Assembly (NCBI GenBank): GCA_028719205.1
Contig: JAQUKH010000003.1
Span: 110,793-130,792, forward strand
Source: a bacterium
GTDB lineage: Bacteria; JACRDZ01; JAQUKH01
DNA: 20,000 bases
Direction: 5' to 3'
The translations under genes were made by a program, and so were the position numbers. Positions 16,638 through 20,000 of this stretch are shown here, one piece after another (the first letter of the stretch is position 1; each line of letters opens with the position of its first letter). A model generated the notes under the pieces. That model was not told the origin of the DNA and ran no database searches. It saw nothing but the letters and a program-made list of their open reading frames with translations.

Positions 16638-16837
16638 TTGGCAAATTTAATTTCAAGATTTCTTTTTGCGTCTATAGAAACGCTTTTTGTTAATAAATCT
16701 TGGCGAAACGAAAGATAAGCAATTTTAATGTTTGAGCTCGAAGAGCGAGTTTTAAAATTGCCTGTAGTGAGCCTTAGATTTATCAAAAACGTTTCGGGTT
16801 TAAGCAAAAAGAGATTTTGGAATTAAAAATTTGCCAA
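16638..16837. repeat. 200-bp imperfect nested palindrome (MITE-like element or structured RNA)
   Basis: Terminal TTGGCAAATTT/AAATTTGCCAA. Inner arms GAAACG/CGTTTC, ATAAATCT/AGATTTAT, GCAATTTTAA/TTAAAATTGC. Central GCTC-GAA-GAGC hairpin. Confidence 0.85.
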
Positions 16838-16864
16838 ATACATTATTTTTATTGGAGATAAAAT

Positions 16865-17689
16865 TTGCAAAATGTTCCTTTTGCCCTCATTGGCGGTTCC
16901 AGCACCTTTTCAATATCCTTGCCGGAAGATTTGAATATTCCGGATGTAAAGATCATTTCAAAAAATAAGATATATCAAACGCCTTTCGGCAAAAGCCCGG
17001 CGCTGACTATATTTGAGGTTAGTGGTAAAAAAGTTGTTACATGTAAAATGCACGGCTGGCAGGGTGACCGGACGCGGGGTGATTCTTCAAAACAAATATT
17101 CTGGGTTTTTAAAGAAATGGGCGTAAAAAAGATACTTGCGGAGGGCGGGGTCGGGAGTATTGATAAAAAAATGAAACCGGGGGATGTTTTTATACCGGAT
17201 GATTATATTGATTTTTCGCTTCGCAAGGATGTTAAGCTTGGGAATGATCATCTTTTAGTAATGCGTGACCCTGTTTGCCCTGATCTTAAAAAAAGCCTTA
17301 TAAAAGCAATAAAAGACGGATCGGATTATAAAATATTTCAGCGGGGAGTTTATGCCGTAACGGACGGCCGTCATTTTGAAAGCAAGGCGGAAGTAACTGC
17401 CCTGAAACGGTTAGGTTCGGATGCTGTCGGGCAGAGTTTCTGCCCTGAAGTATATCTCGCCCGCGAAATAGGGGCGTGTTACTGCGGAATTTATCTCGTG
17501 GTAAATTATGCTGAAGGCGTTATCCCAAAATGGGATTATGAGAAGTTTCGATATCTTTTTTATTCGGAGTCAAAACGGATCGGAAATATCCTTATCAAGG
17601 CAATAAAAAGTTTAGATATAAATAAAGATGCATGTTCGTGTAAAAACCTTAGAATGAAGACTTTATTGACCAATGCCGAGCAAAAATAA
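16865..17689 (+). CDS. MTAP/PNP-family purine nucleoside phosphorylase
   Basis: IGGS, TPFG, HG, GGVGSI, PDDYID, FESKAE, PEVYLAREIG, VVNYAEG, C-terminal CSC. TTG start with a GGAG RBS. Confidence 0.88.
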   Translation: MQNVPFALIGGSSTFSISLPEDLNIPDVKIISKNKIYQTPFGKSPALTIFEVSGKKVVTCKMHGWQGDRTRGDSSKQIFWVFKEMGVKKILAEGGVGSIDKKMKPGDVFIPDDYIDFSLRKDVKLGNDHLLVMRDPVCPDLKKSLIKAIKDGSDYKIFQRGVYAVTDGRHFESKAEVTALKRLGSDAVGQSFCPEVYLAREIGACYCGIYLVVNYAEGVIPKWDYEKFRYLFYSESKRIGNILIKAIKSLDINKDACSCKNLRMKTLLTNAEQK

Positions 17690-18947
17690 AGATCAAATGA
17701 TACTTTCTGCTTCATATCTTGTACCGGTTTCATCTCCTCCACTAAAAAACGGGGCGGTTTTAGTGGAGGATGGCCGGATCAAGGATACCGGTACTTCTGA
17801 CATTATCAAAAAAAAATATCCTGAAATACCTGTCCGGAATTTTCCTGAATCAATTTTAATGCCCGGTTTGGTTAATTGCCACACTCATCTCGAATATTCA
17901 GCTCTGGGGCCCCTGACAAAACATGTTGATTTTGTCCCTTGGATCAAAGGCTTGATCCAAAAACAAAAGGCGTTATCAAAGGCAGAAATATTATTGTCAA
18001 TAAGAAAAACAGTTAAAAGCCTTATTTCCGCGGGAGTAACCTCTGTAGGTGAAGTTTCGCGAAGCGGATTAAGCCTGGATGAGCTGATAAAAAGCGGGAT
18101 AAAGGGCGTTTATTTTAATGAGTTTGTCGCGGTTGATGATAACCGGTTGAAAAAGGCGATTTGTGATCATGAAGCAAATTTCAGGCAGTGTAAATTGAAA
18201 CTTAAAAGGCCTGATTTAAAACCCGGTGTTTTTCCTCATTCTCCTTATACGCTTTCCACAAAGTCCTTAAAATACATTTCATCATATTATAAAAAAAATA
18301 AAATATCCTGCGGGATGCATGCGGCGGAATCTCCCTTTGAGAATGAATTTATTTTTAAAGGGTCGGGCCCGCTGGCTGATTTTGTAAAGACTTTCCAACT
18401 GGAGAGCATACCAATATCCGGAAAATGGCGCGGCACGACAGAATATTTAAATGGTCTCAAATTTACGGATCCTTTAAACCATTTGGTTCATTGCGTTCAC
18501 TTAAACAGGAAAGATTTTGCGCTTCTGGCCAAAACAAAAACGGGTATTGTCCTTTGCCCCCGCAGTAATTATCTTTTGAAGAACGGCGAATTTCCTCTCC
18601 GTTCAGCATTAAAATATGATCTGAAAATGGGAATTGGAACGGATAGCCTGGCAAGCAATTATTCACTGGATATGTTCGAAGAAATAAGAATGCTGAAGAA
18701 TATATACGGATCAAGTTTAATAAATGAGCGGCTGGTCAGGATCGCGACTTTAGGCGGCGCGGAGGTTTTAGGATCAGAAAAAGAAACAGGGTCATTGCTG
18801 CCCGGCAAAAAAGCTGATCTGATCGTAGTAAAGATCAATACCAGGCCGGTTAAAAATTTATCTCCGGTTGATCATATCGTTTCAAAAGCAGTCGCAAACG
18901 ACGTATGTTTCACTATGATCGATGGATTAATAAGATTTGATAAATAA
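17673..18947 (+). CDS. Amidohydrolase-family nucleoside deaminase (aminofutalosine deaminase/MtaD-like)
   Basis: PGLVNCHTHLEY, PHSPY, HAAESPFE, VHCVH, CPRSN, GTDSLASN, GKKADL. Confidence 0.88.
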   Translation: MPSKNKDQMILSASYLVPVSSPPLKNGAVLVEDGRIKDTGTSDIIKKKYPEIPVRNFPESILMPGLVNCHTHLEYSALGPLTKHVDFVPWIKGLIQKQKALSKAEILLSIRKTVKSLISAGVTSVGEVSRSGLSLDELIKSGIKGVYFNEFVAVDDNRLKKAICDHEANFRQCKLKLKRPDLKPGVFPHSPYTLSTKSLKYISSYYKKNKISCGMHAAESPFENEFIFKGSGPLADFVKTFQLESIPISGKWRGTTEYLNGLKFTDPLNHLVHCVHLNRKDFALLAKTKTGIVLCPRSNYLLKNGEFPLRSALKYDLKMGIGTDSLASNYSLDMFEEIRMLKNIYGSSLINERLVRIATLGGAEVLGSEKETGSLLPGKKADLIVVKINTRPVKNLSPVDHIVSKAVANDVCFTMIDGLIRFDK

Positions 18948-19021
18948 TAGAAAAGTATAGCTGAAACTGAAACCTTCCGATAGAATATACGGAATATCAA
19001 TGTAAAAACAAGGATCTTTAG

Positions 19022-20000
19022 ATGAAAAAATATATTATTATTCTGATTTTATTTACCCCTTTTATTAAAATACATGCTCTTGTCAAACAAGATAAGATAA
19101 AAACCTCATGTGAAAGTAAAGATGGATTTTATTATTTGAAATTAGGGTCAGATGACGGCTTAGCTGTCGGGTCAATATTATCAGGTTTTAATGACAAAAA
19201 AAAGCCTTTATTCATTGAAATATTAGGGATCCTCGGGCCGCATTATTCCTTATTCCAGAAAATTGAATTCGTGTGGGATAATAAAGAAAAAAAGATCATT
19301 AAAAATTATTCAGATAGAGCGGATCTGGACAGTGCATTAGAAATATCCGAGATCAATGACAGTTTTGAGCAAATGTTCGTAAATAAATTTAAAGAAGTGG
19401 AAACGCTTTATAAAAATGCCAAAGAAAATTATGACAAAAAAAGGTTTAATGTAAGTAAAAAATATTTTGATGATTGCCTGGCTATTGTTGATAATTATAA
19501 AGACTCAAAAGAAATATTAAATAGCCTGAATAATGAACAGAAAAAATACAGGGCAAAGCCTGAATTAAATGAAGATATCTGGAAAAAATCCAAGGAACAG
19601 GTAGATAAATTTAAAGCTGAAGACAAATTGAATGAAGCTTTGAGCATCCTGCAAAAATCGGCCCTGGATTATCCATTGAGTAAAAAGGTCAGGAATGAAT
19701 TGGGATCGTTGTATAGTGAGATGGGGTATATATATAAAGATAATGATTATTTTAAGGAGGCTATAAATGAAATGGAGGAATTGCTTTTTATAGATCCGGG
19801 AGCTCTTGGGATCCGGAGGGAATTGGCGTTCCTTTATTATTATCAGGGGGATAAAGATAAGGCTATGGAGCATTTTGAAAAATTGTTCTCTTTAAGTAAA
19901 GATGGTTCCGCGGTGGAATTAAGGAACCTGATAAATAAACTGTTGTTAATTTCTTCTAACCAGTCAAATAATTCAGTAAAAGGCATGTGCAGTTTATGCC
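19022..20000 (+). CDS. Exported TPR-containing protein, partial (runs off the window)
   Basis: Hand translation gives an open frame from ATG 19022 (MKKYIIILILFTPFIKIHA, signal-like) to the edge. TPR-like helices NELGSLYSEMG...EAINEMEELLFIDP and RELAFLYYYQGDKDKAMEHFEK. It is absent from the ORF track because it has no stop codon in the window. Confidence 0.8.
   Translation, partial: MKKYIIILILFTPFIKIHALVKQDKIKTSCESKDGFYYLKLGSDDGLAVGSILSGFNDKKKPLFIEILGILGPHYSLFQKIEFVWDNKEKKIIKNYSDRADLDSALEISEINDSFEQMFVNKFKEVETLYKNAKENYDKKRFNVSKKYFDDCLAIVDNYKDSKEILNSLNNEQKKYRAKPELNEDIWKKSKEQVDKFKAEDKLNEALSILQKSALDYPLSKKVRNELGSLYSEMGYIYKDNDYFKEAINEMEELLFIDPGALGIRRELAFLYYYQGDKDKAMEHFEKLFSLSKDGSAVELRNLINKLLLISSNQSNNSVKGMCSLC

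Noticed and set aside
16529-16807. 92-aa minus-strand ORF, or a SAM/purine riboswitch, over the palindrome
   Set aside because: The ORF overlaps mqnC and has no motifs. The rod-like symmetric fold lacks the conserved cores I would expect for SAM-I or purine riboswitches.
110-19873. Many short alternative-frame and antisense ORFs in the track (e.g. 110-370, 3643-3954, 8373-8678, 12507-12890, 13914-14297, 19565-19873)
   Set aside because: They overlap well-supported genes, show no family motifs, and look like shadow ORFs.

Overview
AT-rich bacterial DNA, probably from a diderm anaerobe (inferred from lipoproteins, Fe-S enzymes and the futalosine pathway). Almost everything is coded on the + strand, in five blocks. 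(1) 18-2615: a histidine kinase, a single-domain receiver and a REC-GGDEF diguanylate cyclase. (2) 2639-3601 (-): an odd protein that joins a signal peptide to winged-helix-like and DnaD-like segments. (3) 3677-11057: an uncharacterised seven-gene cassette. A translationally coupled UbiU-like/UbiV-like U32 Fe-S pair and an ArsP/DUF318 permease are surrounded by four exported proteins (two beta-helix paralogs, a 7-blade FG-GAP/ASPIC protein, a triple Ig-like lipoprotein). This is the best candidate for an undescribed system. (4) 11129-18947: a futalosine-type menaquinone operon (ubiD/mqnL, ubiA/mqnP, mqnE, mqnA, mqnC). It carries an MTAP-family enzyme and a deaminase but no canonical mqnB, mqnD or ubiX in the window, and its gaps hold GTAG-type REPs and a 200-bp palindrome. 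(5) 19022 to the edge: an exported TPR protein missed by the ORF track. All family calls come from reading motifs by eye; no searches were run.
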